Of a DNA stretch of 64,000 nucleotides, positions 40,033 through 49,534 are shown piece after piece. Position numbers and translations under genes: made by a program. Positions within the stretch are counted from its first letter, which is position 1; each line of letters opens with the position of its first letter. The notes under the pieces are model-generated. The model had not been told where the DNA came from, searched no databases, and saw nothing but the letters and a program-made list of their open reading frames with translations. The stretch is from an uncultured delta proteobacterium (GTDB lineage: Bacteria; Desulfobacterota; Binatia; UBA9968): NCBI GenBank assembly GCA_963745835.1, contig CAVUZH010000008.1, positions 1 to 64,000 on the forward strand. The letters are read 5' to 3'.

Positions 40033-41067
40033 CTAATTCTTCTGCGCCATTTTCTTAAAGAAACCTTCTCTCTCCAATTCATCCAGCAAGCGCTCGTCGA
40101 GATATTTGTTCACGTTGGTATCAAACTTAATCTCGGGAGAACGCTGCGCCAGCATATCGATGGCGGCGCGCATCCCTTCGTGAGACATCCGCGGCGGCGA
40201 AGAAAAAGTCGACGCAAAGTACTGATACGTTTCATCCACAACCGCGGGATTTTTCTGTTTCATCCTTTGAGTTAAGAGCGCCAGTGATTTGTCTTTTTGG
40301 GTCATGAACTGGTGAATTCCCTCGCTATAGGCCTGAAGGAATCGTTTAACCCCACTGCGGTTCTTTTCAAGCAATGAGCGCCGCGTGGCGATGGCGTTCA
40401 TCGGGAAGTAGGCCGCTTTCAGTTCGGTCATATGAGCCAACGTCAACAAGCCCATGCGGGCGGCCTCGCCGGTTTCCGGCGGCGCCAGCAGTGTCGCGTC
40501 GAGGGCACCGCTTGCCAGCGCGACGAGCCGATTGGCCGCCGGACCGCTGGCCAGCAGAGTCACCGAGGAGCGCGGAATATTCCATTCTCTGAGCGCTAGA
40601 ATCAACGATACTTCGTGCGCCCCGCCCAGACTCACGATACCAACTTTTTTGCCGACCAGGTCCTTGGGCTGACGGATATTTTTCTGTGTTACCAAACTGA
40701 ATGGAAATCGATTCAGGGACGAGGCGACGAACACCAGGTCAGCGCCTTGATTGATTGCCGAGATCAGCGCGGTGCCGTCGATCTGGCCAAAGTGGATGCT
40801 GCCGCCGAGCAAAGCTTGTGCTCCTCGCGCCGAACCCGGAATCATAACGAGATCGGTCTCAACGCCATATTTTGATAGAAAGCCAAAATCCTTCGCTGCC
40901 CAAAGAGGCGCCTGAAATCCGGCAAATCCGGCATAGCTGGCGATAAACTTCTCCTGCGCGTTGCTGAACGCCGGCAGGAGGTAAAGTACCAGAGCCGGAA
41001 GCACTCTAAAGACACAAGCATAGAACACCTCCTTTGGAGCAAGCGCTGAGCCTCGATCCTCAAGCAA
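40033..41067 (-). CDS. NitT/TauT family SBP (start uncertain)
   Basis: APLWAAKDFGFLSKYG; DLVGKKVGI; DERLLDELEREGFF. Confidence 0.92.
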   Translation of the reverse strand: MLEDRGSALAPKEVFYACVFRVLPALVLYLLPAFSNAQEKFIASYAGFAGFQAPLWAAKDFGFLSKYGVETDLVMIPGSARGAQALLGGSIHFGQIDGTALISAINQGADLVFVASSLNRFPFSLVTQKNIRQPKDLVGKKVGIVSLGGAHEVSLILALREWNIPRSSVTLLASGPAANRLVALASGALDATLLAPPETGEAARMGLLTLAHMTELKAAYFPMNAIATRRSLLEKNRSGVKRFLQAYSEGIHQFMTQKDKSLALLTQRMKQKNPAVVDETYQYFASTFSSPPRMSHEGMRAAIDMLAQRSPEIKFDTNVNKYLDERLLDELEREGFFKKMAQKN

Positions 41068-41111
41068 AAACTTCTATTCTCGAGCAGGCCTGGTCAAGCA
41101 AGCTGTTGCGA

Positions 41112-41178
41112 GTTATCCAATTCTCGGCAGTTATTTGTCAAGTGAAGCTTGACAGGTGGACGGGCGGCGCAATAGATT
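41112..41178. promoter_or_regulatory. back-to-back divergent sigma-70 promoters
   Basis: TGTCAAGTGAAGCTTGACA holds two opposed TTGACA boxes; + strand N18-TAGATT; - strand N18-GATAAC. Confidence 0.5.
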
Positions 41179-41230
41179 TTCTCAACAACCGCGGATCGCT
41201 GCCAATGGAGATTATTGTAAAGGAGATTTC

Positions 41231-41959
41231 ATGAGCGTAAATCGCAACGATGTACCCGGCCTCGATTCCTCCGAGCTCAAAGAAGTGAAGGAGAAGCTCA
41301 TCACCGCCTGCCGCATTCTCGATCATGAAGGCGTGACCGACGGCTATGGCCACATCAGCGTGCGTGTTCCCGGCGCAGATGCGTTTATCACCATTTCGAA
41401 TGTCAGCCCCGGCTGTGTCACTGACGATCGACTGATCATGCAAGACTTCGCCGGCAATTATCTCGGCGGCGCCAAAACGCCGCCCAACGAATGGCCAATT
41501 CATGCGTGCATTTTGAAAGCGCGTCCCGATGTCGAGAGCGTCGCGCACACACACTCGAAGTGGAGCACAATATTCAGCGTGCTCCCAATCAAGCTTAAGC
41601 CCATGCACCACTACGGTAAATTTTTATCCGCCGACGGACCGCCGGTATATGAGGGCATTGGCTTGGTTCGTACTGTGGCGCGAGGCGATGACCTAGCCCG
41701 AGTCTTGGGCCGCGGCCCGGTGGTGTTAATGCGCGCTCACGGTGATACGGTGGTCGGCGAGTCCATTGAGCAGGTAATCGAGCGCACCACCCGGCTTGCT
41801 ATGCTTGGCGAATGGAATCATCTGGCGCTGCTTCACGGTGAACCCAAGTATTTGAGCGCCGAGGAACTCGAGGTGTACAACGCCGACCAGCGGTTTCCCA
41901 TGCGCGGCTGGGAGTATTTCGTCAGCCGGCTGAATAAAGACAAAACCAAGTTGGAATAG
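41231..41959 (+). CDS. class II aldolase/adducin family protein (decarboxylase-like)
   Basis: GHISVR, EWPIH, VAHTHS, LMRAHG; RBS AAGGAG before ATG 41231. Confidence 0.92.
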   Translation: MSVNRNDVPGLDSSELKEVKEKLITACRILDHEGVTDGYGHISVRVPGADAFITISNVSPGCVTDDRLIMQDFAGNYLGGAKTPPNEWPIHACILKARPDVESVAHTHSKWSTIFSVLPIKLKPMHHYGKFLSADGPPVYEGIGLVRTVARGDDLARVLGRGPVVLMRAHGDTVVGESIEQVIERTTRLAMLGEWNHLALLHGEPKYLSAEELEVYNADQRFPMRGWEYFVSRLNKDKTKLE

Positions 41960-42037
41960 TTGGAATAATGGAGTGCTGGAGTAGTGGACCGATGGGCCCA
42001 GCAATACTCCAGTGCTCCATCACACCGTTACTCCAAC
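41951..42037. repeat. 8-bp-period palindromic intergenic element
   Basis: TGGAATAGTTGGAATAATGGAGTGCTGGAGTAGTGGA ... TACTCCAGTGCTCCATCACACCGTTACTCCA. Confidence 0.75.
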
Positions 42038-42071
42038 AGATGACGCACTAAAACTCAGGGAGGAAAACAAG

Positions 42072-42758
42072 ATGGCCACATCCAAGGAATTCGTTGATCA
42101 GTTGAAGAAGGATATTCAGGCGTTCCCGAAAATCCGCATCAAACATCCATTTTTGAAAGCAGTCTGCGCCGGCACGGCTACCATGGACCAGATCCGTGCC
42201 TGGGCGATCCAGGACTATCAGTTTCGCGCCGCGGTGCCGCGCATAGCAATGCTGCGTTATTTGGCGTGCAACGATCCAGAAATCGCGCAGAGGCTCTGGG
42301 GTGTCGTCGAGGAGGAAACTCGCGGCATGGATACCGGCAGCGCCGGCCACAACGAGCTGGCGATCCGCTTCGCCAATGCAATCGGAGTTACTAAAGAACA
42401 GCTAGAAAACGCCGAGTTGCGCCCGTCCACGGCGGCGCATTTGTATTATGTCGAACTGATTATCCACACGCTGCCTTGGTTTGTCGTCATGTCGATTCAG
42501 ATTGGCGCCGAAGGAACGTTCGGGCCCGCGGCGGCGGCGATCGGTCACGGCCTGATAAAAAACTACAACATGAAGCCCGATGACGTGCGCTTTTTCACCG
42601 TTCATTCCGAAGCGGACGAAGACCACAGCAGCTTGGCCGAGGATATCGCGGTGCGCTACCTCCATTCGCCGCATCTCCAGGAGCAGACGCGCAAGCACAC
42701 ATTCCGCCGCATGGAACTGCTCTACGATATCTGGTCGACTGATGGCTATGAAAAGTAG
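42072..42758 (+). CDS. heme-oxygenase-like diiron (PqqC/CADD/TenA-fold) redox enzyme
   Basis: HPFL, EEETRG...GHNEL, GAEG, FFTVHSEADEDH; RBS GGAGG before ATG 42072. Confidence 0.88.
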   Translation: MATSKEFVDQLKKDIQAFPKIRIKHPFLKAVCAGTATMDQIRAWAIQDYQFRAAVPRIAMLRYLACNDPEIAQRLWGVVEEETRGMDTGSAGHNELAIRFANAIGVTKEQLENAELRPSTAAHLYYVELIIHTLPWFVVMSIQIGAEGTFGPAAAAIGHGLIKNYNMKPDDVRFFTVHSEADEDHSSLAEDIAVRYLHSPHLQEQTRKHTFRRMELLYDIWSTDGYEK

Positions 42759-42765
42759 CAGGCGC

Positions 42766-42846
42766 AGAAAGATTTTTCGTCACTTCGCTGCCTTGAAATG
42801 ACACGCGGTCGGCAATGTCATTGCGACCGAAGGGGGGAATCTTTCT
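42766..42846. repeat. REP-like inverted repeat (AGATT...AATGACA / TGTCATT...AATCT)
   Basis: AGAAAGATTTTTCGTC...GAAATGACA and TGTCATTGCGACCGAAGGGGGGAATCTTTCT. Confidence 0.65.
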
Positions 42847-42904
42847 TTGATAGCGTCTCCCAAAACATCCGGCGAGCGATATCGGCTACTGGAGCTTAAA
42901 ATAG

Positions 42905-43915
42905 ATGCCTAAACTAACATTGAGTTTCATTTCCGCTTTCAATGAGCGGGTCGAGCCGCTCATGAACGGCACCATCAAGGCAGAAGGCATCGAGCTGATT
43001 CCGACTTATTCGCACCCGGCGGAAACCTTTTGGCGCCAGCTCAAATTCGGTGAATTCGAAGTCGCTGAGATGTCGATGTCGTCTTACTTGATTGCCAAGT
43101 CTCAGGGGGCCGACATGATCGCGCTGCCGGTGTTTCCGAGCCGCCGCTTGTTTCAAACCGAGCTCTCCTATCATGTCGATTCCGGCGTCAGCGTGCCGGG
43201 CGACCTGGCGGGAAAACGATTGGGAGTTGCCGAGTATCAACAAACGGCCGCCCTTTGGATACGCGGCATTCTCGAACACGATTTCGCGGTCTCGCAATTC
43301 AAGGTTCACTGGTACATGGAACGAAGCGAGGAGATGAGCCATGGCGGCGCCACCGGTTTCAAGCCTCCGGCGGGAATCTCCTTCAATCGCATCGCCCCGA
43401 ATAAGAGTCTGGCCTCGACCCTGCTCGACCACGAGTTGGATGCGGCGCATATCGCCAGCCCGTGGGTGCTGCGAGCCAACGCTCTCGACCGCTCCAGCCG
43501 AATAACCGGCGGCGCAGACTGGAGCAAGATCAAACCGCTTTTTCCCGATCGCATGGCGGAGGCCGAGCGCTTTCAAAAGCAACACGGATTTTTGCCGGTT
43601 AATCACACTTACATCATCCGTGGCGATATCTATCAAAAACATCCCTGGGTAGCTTTCAATTTGTATAATGGTTTTGCGCGAGCCAAGGCGCTTGCGCGTG
43701 AGAAACTGTTGGAGAGCATTCCTTCAGCGCTGTTCTTCGGACCGGAGTATTTAAAGCGAACTCAAGACATCATCGGCGAAGATCCATTTCCCTACGGCAT
43801 CAAAGCCAATGAGGCAATGCTCGAAACCATCACGGCATATTCGTACGAGCAGGGATTGACGCCCAAAAAGATGAATCTCAAGGAGCTCTTTGCGGAAAGC
43901 ACACTCGATCTTTAA
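42905..43915 (+). CDS. 4,5-dihydroxyphthalate decarboxylase-like protein (SBP fold, cytoplasmic), paralog 1
   Basis: ETFWRQL, EFEVAEMSMSSY, ALPVFPSR, EYQQTAALWIRG, DPFPYG...YSYEQGL. Confidence 0.85.
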   Translation: MPKLTLSFISAFNERVEPLMNGTIKAEGIELIPTYSHPAETFWRQLKFGEFEVAEMSMSSYLIAKSQGADMIALPVFPSRRLFQTELSYHVDSGVSVPGDLAGKRLGVAEYQQTAALWIRGILEHDFAVSQFKVHWYMERSEEMSHGGATGFKPPAGISFNRIAPNKSLASTLLDHELDAAHIASPWVLRANALDRSSRITGGADWSKIKPLFPDRMAEAERFQKQHGFLPVNHTYIIRGDIYQKHPWVAFNLYNGFARAKALAREKLLESIPSALFFGPEYLKRTQDIIGEDPFPYGIKANEAMLETITAYSYEQGLTPKKMNLKELFAESTLDL

Positions 43916-43957
43916 CGAATCATCGAAGTATCATCCTGATACACTCGGGGGAAAGTT

Positions 43958-44984
43958 ATGAGCACACGATTTTTCGTTGCGCTAGTCACTGCTTTCATCC
44001 TGTTTCCTATCTTGGGCTTTCACCGCGCCGAAGGCCAAATCAATCCGGGTCCGAAACTCGTCGAGGGAGCGAAAAAAGAGGGTGAGATGATTTTCTACAC
44101 CACCATGACCCTCGATCAGAGCAAAGAAGTGGTCGATCAATTCCAGAAGAAATATCCATTCATCAAACCGACTCTGTTCCGCACCGGGGGGCGGCCCGCT
44201 GCTGAACAAGATCTTTACCGAAGCTCGCGGCGGCAGGCATGCATGGGATGTGGTGGTCGGCAGAGCGGAAATGGTTGTGCCACTGATGCAGCGAAAGCTC
44301 ATTGCCTCCTACCGCTCGCCTGAAACCAAGATGCTCGATGACGATCTCGTCGATCAGGAAGGTTATTGGAGCGCGTACTATGTCATCTCGTACGTGTTGG
44401 GGTGGCATACCAAATTAGTCAAGAAAGAAGAGGTTCCAAAAACTTACGAAGCTTTAGTTGATCCCAAGTGGAAAGGTGGCCAGTTGTCATTCGATAACGA
44501 GGCCTATGGCATGTTGCAAGGATTGATGCGGGCATGGGGACGGGAAAAAGCGATTGCCTATTTCAAAAGAATCGCCGCTATCGAGCCGTCGATGAAAAGA
44601 GGCAATACCGAGCGCGTCGCATTGGCAGCGGCAGGCGAGTACCCGCTGACGATCTCATACAACCAAACTTTTGAACGAATGGTTGCCAGAGGCGCGCCTA
44701 TGGATTGGTTGCCGCTCGAGCCCGCCGTGGTCTCTGCGTTTCCGATCATGATTGCGGCCAAAGCTCCCCATCCCAACGCGGCACGACTTTACTATGATTT
44801 CAGTCTTTCCAAAGAAGGACAGGAAATGCTCACAGGCATGCAGCGAATACCTGTTCGCAAGGATGTGGAACCTAATCCTCCTCGACTGTTCAGGGGCTAC
44901 AAGAGGGTCGTGGAAAATCCGGAAGATTACACGGACTTTGAAGGGCTGGTAAGGCTTTATAACGATATCTTCAAACTTCGTTAG
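43958..44984 (+). CDS. AfuA-like SBP, split by an extra G in the G6 run at ~44186-44191
   Basis: LVEGAKKEG...FRTGG/GPLLNKIFTEARGG...PKTYEALVDPKWKG...KAPHPNAA. Confidence 0.85.
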
Positions 44985-45018
44985 CCATTGCGCCGAATAC
45001 CGGTCGCAGGAGACAAGA

Positions 45019-46032
45019 ATGCCCAGACTGACTCTCAGCTTCATTTCCGCTTTTAACGAACGGGTCGATCCATTGATGAATGGAACAGTGAAAGCCGAGG
45101 GGATCGATATCGTTCCGACCTATTCGCATCCATCGGAAACGTTTTGGCGACAATTGAAGTTCCAGGAGTTCGACATTGCTGAAATGTCCATGTCGTCGTA
45201 TTTGATCGCGCGGGCGCGGGGTTTCGATATGATCGCGCTGCCGGTGTTTCCCAGCCGACGCCTCTTCCATACCGAACTGTCCTGTCATACTGACTCGGGC
45301 ATCAAGGAACCGGGCGATCTGCTCGGCAAACGGCTGGGTGTCGGCGAGTACCAGCAAACCGCCGCGCTATGGACACGCGGCATACTCGAACACGAGTTCG
45401 GCGTGTCACAATTCAAAGTTCATTGGTACATGGAGCGTACCGAAGAGTTAAGTCACGGCGGCGCAACCGGTTTTACGCCTCCGCCGGGGATCTCGTTCCA
45501 GCGTATTCCGCCGGACAAGAGCATGGCTTCGATGCTGGTGAATAATGAATTGGATGCAGCGGCGATCTCCAGCCCATGGAAAAACATGCCAAACGTCATC
45601 GGCCGCTCCCATCGCATCAGGGGAAGCGATGGCGACTGGAACAAAATAAAACCGCTCTTTCCCGATCGCATGAGTGAAGGCGCAAGGCTTTTTCAGAAAT
45701 GGGGATTTCTGCCGGTTAATCACGCCTACATCATTCGCGGCGAGATCTACAAGAATTATCCCTGGGTAGCGTTCAATCTTTATTCAGGCTTCGTCAAAGC
45801 AAAGCAATACTTCAACGAAAGACTGCTTGAACGAATTCCAACTGCGCTGTTCTTCGGCCCGGAATATTTGGCCACGACGCGGCAGATGTTCGGAGACGAC
45901 CCCTATCCGTATGGCGTCAAGGCGAATCGTAAGATGCTGGCAACGTTGATTGACTATTCTCGCGAACAAGGACTGACGTCAAAGAAATTGGAAATCAAAG
46001 AGCTGTTCGCGCCCAGCACGCTCGACCTATAA
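45019..46032 (+). CDS. 4,5-dihydroxyphthalate decarboxylase-like protein, paralog 2
   Basis: Colinear with and highly similar to 42905-43915 (MP[KR]LTLSFISAFNERV[ED]PLMNGT...). Confidence 0.85.
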   Translation: MPRLTLSFISAFNERVDPLMNGTVKAEGIDIVPTYSHPSETFWRQLKFQEFDIAEMSMSSYLIARARGFDMIALPVFPSRRLFHTELSCHTDSGIKEPGDLLGKRLGVGEYQQTAALWTRGILEHEFGVSQFKVHWYMERTEELSHGGATGFTPPPGISFQRIPPDKSMASMLVNNELDAAAISSPWKNMPNVIGRSHRIRGSDGDWNKIKPLFPDRMSEGARLFQKWGFLPVNHAYIIRGEIYKNYPWVAFNLYSGFVKAKQYFNERLLERIPTALFFGPEYLATTRQMFGDDPYPYGVKANRKMLATLIDYSREQGLTSKKLEIKELFAPSTLDL

Positions 46033-46074
46033 AACAGTGCCTCGTTGATCCCGCCAGGACGACCAACGAGGCAC
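46031..46074 (-). terminator. hairpin terminator between convergent genes
   Basis: GTGCCTCGTTG/CAACGAGGCAC 11-bp stem, followed by TGTTTT on the minus strand. Confidence 0.75.
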
Positions 46075-46102
46075 ACTAAGCATCGCTTATTATCCCTTGC
46101 GG

Positions 46103-46213
46103 TCAGGTACAGCCGCGGACCACGAACAAGAGCAGAAGTATCGGTATCGGAATGCCTAAAACCCATAGGAGTATCCAACCGATGGCACCCTTCTGATTTT
46201 TTACGTTATTCAT
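46103..46213 (-). CDS. 36-aa small membrane protein (below the ORF-track length cutoff)
   Basis: MNNVKNQKGAIGWILLWVLGIPIPILLLLFVVRGCT*; RBS AAAGGAGGG; own promoter and terminator. Confidence 0.8.
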   Translation of the reverse strand: MNNVKNQKGAIGWILLWVLGIPIPILLLLFVVRGCT

Positions 46214-46282
46214 AAAACCCTCCTTTAACTAACCGCCAGAACTTATGTAGTCTGACGTGAAACAGTCCTCCTCCGGAAGTTC

Positions 46283-46299
46283 CGCAAGGCATGTGCCAG
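46283..46299 (-). promoter_or_regulatory. sigma-54 (-24/-12) promoter of the 36-aa gene
   Basis: Minus strand CTGGCAC-ATGCC-TTGCG. Confidence 0.75.
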
Positions 46300-46544
46300 G
46301 TAGCCCGATGTAAATTCTATTCTTGAATCTGGTAGCATCGCACATCTCACGTCCCAAGCCTGAAACATCGTGGCTCATATGCGACACTGTGCCCTTCGAT
46401 ACAAAATGCTCCGCTGGACACAATCCGTAAACGGACATCAGGCATTCGATGCATGCGACAGAGTTTTAGGTGGCGCTCGAACATGTGGCGACAATTAGAC
46501 CATCGACGAAATCTTCGTCTTCGTCCATGGTCTTGTAACGCTGC

Positions 46545-46573
46545 TTGACTCCCCCACCGCTTCACAGTATTCA
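46545..46573 (+). promoter_or_regulatory. putative sigma-70 promoter, probably leaderless transcript
   Basis: TTGACT-N17-TATTCA ending 8 nt before ATG 46582. Confidence 0.45.
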
Positions 46574-46581
46574 CCGGGGGT

Positions 46582-47565
46582 ATGAAACAAGCTCTTACAT
46601 CAGCGATACTTTTGTTGTTGGCGGTTTGTTTCTTTGAGTCAGCGGTGGACGCCGCCGATCGCGTTAAGGCATCCTATGCGGCGGTGAATGCCAGCCAGTC
46701 ACCGCTCTGGGTTGCTCAGGACCGGGGATTTTTTGCCAAGTACGGGATCGAAGCCGATCTGGTGTTTATCAGCAGCGGCTCACTGAACGTACAGGCGCTG
46801 GTCGGTAACACGGTTCAGTTCGCCGCCGGCGGTCCCGCTGCGTTGGAAGCGCGGCTGCGCGGCCCGAAGTTAGTGACCATCGCGAATCCACTGACGGTGC
46901 TCGCTTCGAATTTGGTGAGCCATCCGGAAATCAAGAGCATCGCCGATCTAAAAGGGAAAGTGGGCGCGGTTTCTCGCTTTGCGTCGTCTTCGCATCAGGG
47001 ACTCCGGTATCTGTTCCGCAAAAACGGGCTGAGCGAGAGCGATCTCAAGCTACTGCAACTCGGCGGCGATAGCGGCCGCTTGACCGGCCTGGCAACCGGC
47101 AAGGTTCAGTATACGTTTCTCGGCGCAGCGGCAAGCGAGCAGGCACGAAAACAGGGATTGACGATCTTGGCCACTGCTAAGCAGATGGCAATTCCGTTTC
47201 CGTGGACCTCAGTGGTGGTGCATGAAACTTGGCTCGAAGCAAATCGAGACCTGGCCTATCGCTATGTCAAAGCCGTCACCGAAGCCGTGTCTTTTATGAA
47301 ACGCAACCGTTCAGAGAGCGAGCGGATAATTTCCAAATACATGAAACTCACTGACGCGAATCTTGTTTCTATCGAATACAACTTCAACGTGGCGCTCTTT
47401 CCCGATCTGCCCTACCCCACGCTCGACGGCGTGCGCCTCATTCTGGAAAACCTGGCAACGGAAAATCCCGAACATGGCCGCCGCGATCCCAAAGAGTTCG
47501 TCGACAGCTCCATCGTGGATCGATTGAAACAAGAGAATTTTTTGGAAAGCATTGGCAAGCAATAA
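46582..47565 (+). CDS. NitT/TauT family SBP
   Basis: Signal peptide; SPLWVAQDRGFFAKYG; ADLKGKV. Confidence 0.93.
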   Translation: MKQALTSAILLLLAVCFFESAVDAADRVKASYAAVNASQSPLWVAQDRGFFAKYGIEADLVFISSGSLNVQALVGNTVQFAAGGPAALEARLRGPKLVTIANPLTVLASNLVSHPEIKSIADLKGKVGAVSRFASSSHQGLRYLFRKNGLSESDLKLLQLGGDSGRLTGLATGKVQYTFLGAAASEQARKQGLTILATAKQMAIPFPWTSVVVHETWLEANRDLAYRYVKAVTEAVSFMKRNRSESERIISKYMKLTDANLVSIEYNFNVALFPDLPYPTLDGVRLILENLATENPEHGRRDPKEFVDSSIVDRLKQENFLESIGKQ

Positions 47566-48547
47566 TGCGCAATGTTCCGGTTTGGGAATTAAGGCCGCGC
47601 TAGTTTACTTTACCTCGCGGTTGCAGGCCTATTTGGTTCGGCTCAGGTTTCGGCTAAGACTGTCACCTTCGCTTATCAGACACCGCCCCTTAATGGAGTT
47701 CTGCCATTGATCGTCGGCCAGGACTTCGGATTTTTTGCCGCCGAGGGCTTCGACGTCAAAACGGTATTTCATCCGAGGCGGGCCGACAGCGATGCCGCGC
47801 TCGTCGGCGGCGGCGTGGATTACACATTTGTCGCTGGCGTGCCAGCGGTCCGGGCTATCGTTCAAGGCGCGCCATGACCATCATCAGCGGCATTCAGCCT
47901 TATATGGACTACACCCTGATCGGCGCAAAGGGGACCGCGCGCTGAACGATTTAAAAGGTAAAATCGTCGGTGTCACGGGAGCGGGTGGCATTGCCGAGTA
48001 TCGCGGCTGTCGAGGGGCTGGCAAAGAAAGGATTGTGCGCGACCGGGATTACAAAATTCTCTACGGTGTCGGCAACAGCCCGTCACGAGCTCAAGCGCTG
48101 GAAGCCGGCCGGATTCAGGCGTCGCCATTTTCGTTCCTTGAGAGAATCGAATTGGAGCAGAAGGGTTTTCCGGTCCTGTTTGATATTGGGAAGGTTCTGC
48201 CGGGATTTCCTTTTGTCGTGATCATCTCGGCAAAATCTAAAGTCGAAAGCGATCCGGAAGGCGTCACAGCCCTGCTGCGGGCTATGAAACGTGGTCTTGA
48301 TTATTTGAAGGGAGACAAAGAAAAAGTCGCCGCCGCGGTCATCAAGAAAAACATCTACGGTGATCCGATAACAATACGAAAGACCGTCTATCAATTTGCC
48401 GATGTCTACTCGCTCGCGATCACTAAGGAAGAAATCGACGCACTCATCGCCGCCGCCCGCGTCGAAACCGAAGCCAAAAAAATCGGTGGCGCGGAAAAAT
48501 TCTTCGCCGGATCTTTGCTGACAAAAGCGCTCAAGCCGAGCCGCTAA
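47565..48547 (+). pseudogene. NitT/TauT SBP with many frameshifts in its 5' half (error-rich region or pseudogene)
   Basis: ATG overlaps upstream stop (TAATG); segments GVLPLIVGQDFGFFAAEG / FIRGGPTA / AALVGGGVDY / LNDLKGKIVGV fall in different frames; 3' half intact. Confidence 0.75.
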
Positions 48548-48565
48548 AGAGACAAAGGAGCTAAG

Positions 48566-49514
48566 ATGGCGCAGTCACTGGAATTGACATTGTTGCTCGC
48601 GGATTACCACCGGACACGACCACTGCTCGACGGTGACGTCACGGCCCGCGGCATCAAGCTGCAGCCGCGGCGCGCTGAAACCGGCGAGGCCTGCATGCGC
48701 CCGGTTTACGAGGAGTTCGATATCGCCGAGATGTCGCTCTCATGGTATATGATGGCGCGCTGCCGCAATGAACCGGTGATCGCATTGCCCATCTTTCCGC
48801 TGCGCATGCAGATTCACCCGTATGTTTTTTGCTCGCCAGCATCGGCAATCGAGAGGCCGGAGGATTTGAAAGGCAAAAGAATCGGCATGGATCAGTACCG
48901 TCTGACCGTCGGTCTGTGGGCGCGGGGTATTCTCCAAGAACACTACGGGGTGCGCCCGGAAGAATGCGACTGGGTCACATCCGAGCCCGAGGGCGCGGGA
49001 TACCAGGCTCCGGCCAATGTCAGTATCACCATAGCTTATAAGTCCGCGGAAGCTATGCTCCTGGACGGTGAAATAGATGCGCTCATCCCGCCCAATATCG
49101 TGCCGTCTTTTCGAGCCAAGGATCCTCGCATTCGCCGGCTCTTCAAAGATCCCCGCGCTACAGTAAACGACTACTTCCGCAGGACGAAAATTTTTCCGAT
49201 CACGCACACTTTGGTCGTACGCCAATCGCTCTTCGATGCAAAATCCATGGCTCGTCTCCAGCCTTCTCGACGCTTTTAATCAAGCGGAGGAACGCTGCCG
49301 GAAATCCTACGAATATGCCAAGCGCTTGGCCTTCCCCACCGCGGTGCTTATTCTAGAGGAAGAGGAGGAAGTTTTTGGCGACAATCCCTGGTCGCACGGG
49401 TTGACCCCGCAGAATCAAGTCGTGCTCGAGAAATTCGTTCAGTATGCGCACGAGCAGGGTTATATTCCCGAACGCCCGCCGCTCGGTGGATTGTTCGCGC
49501 CGGTGGGAAATTAA
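48566..49514 (+). CDS. 4,5-dihydroxyphthalate decarboxylase-like protein, paralog 3 (frameshift in A-run ~49240)
   Basis: DYHRTRPLLDG, EFDIAEMSLS, ALPIFPLR, IFPITH...(FDA/NPWLV)...NPWSHG...YAHEQG. Confidence 0.82.
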
Positions 49515-49534
49515 CTCCGGAATGTCATGCAAGA

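Noticed and set aside
42072-42758. Calling this pqqC or tenA
   Set aside because: No pqq or thi genes nearby; the dimetal motif fits CADD-like HDOs better
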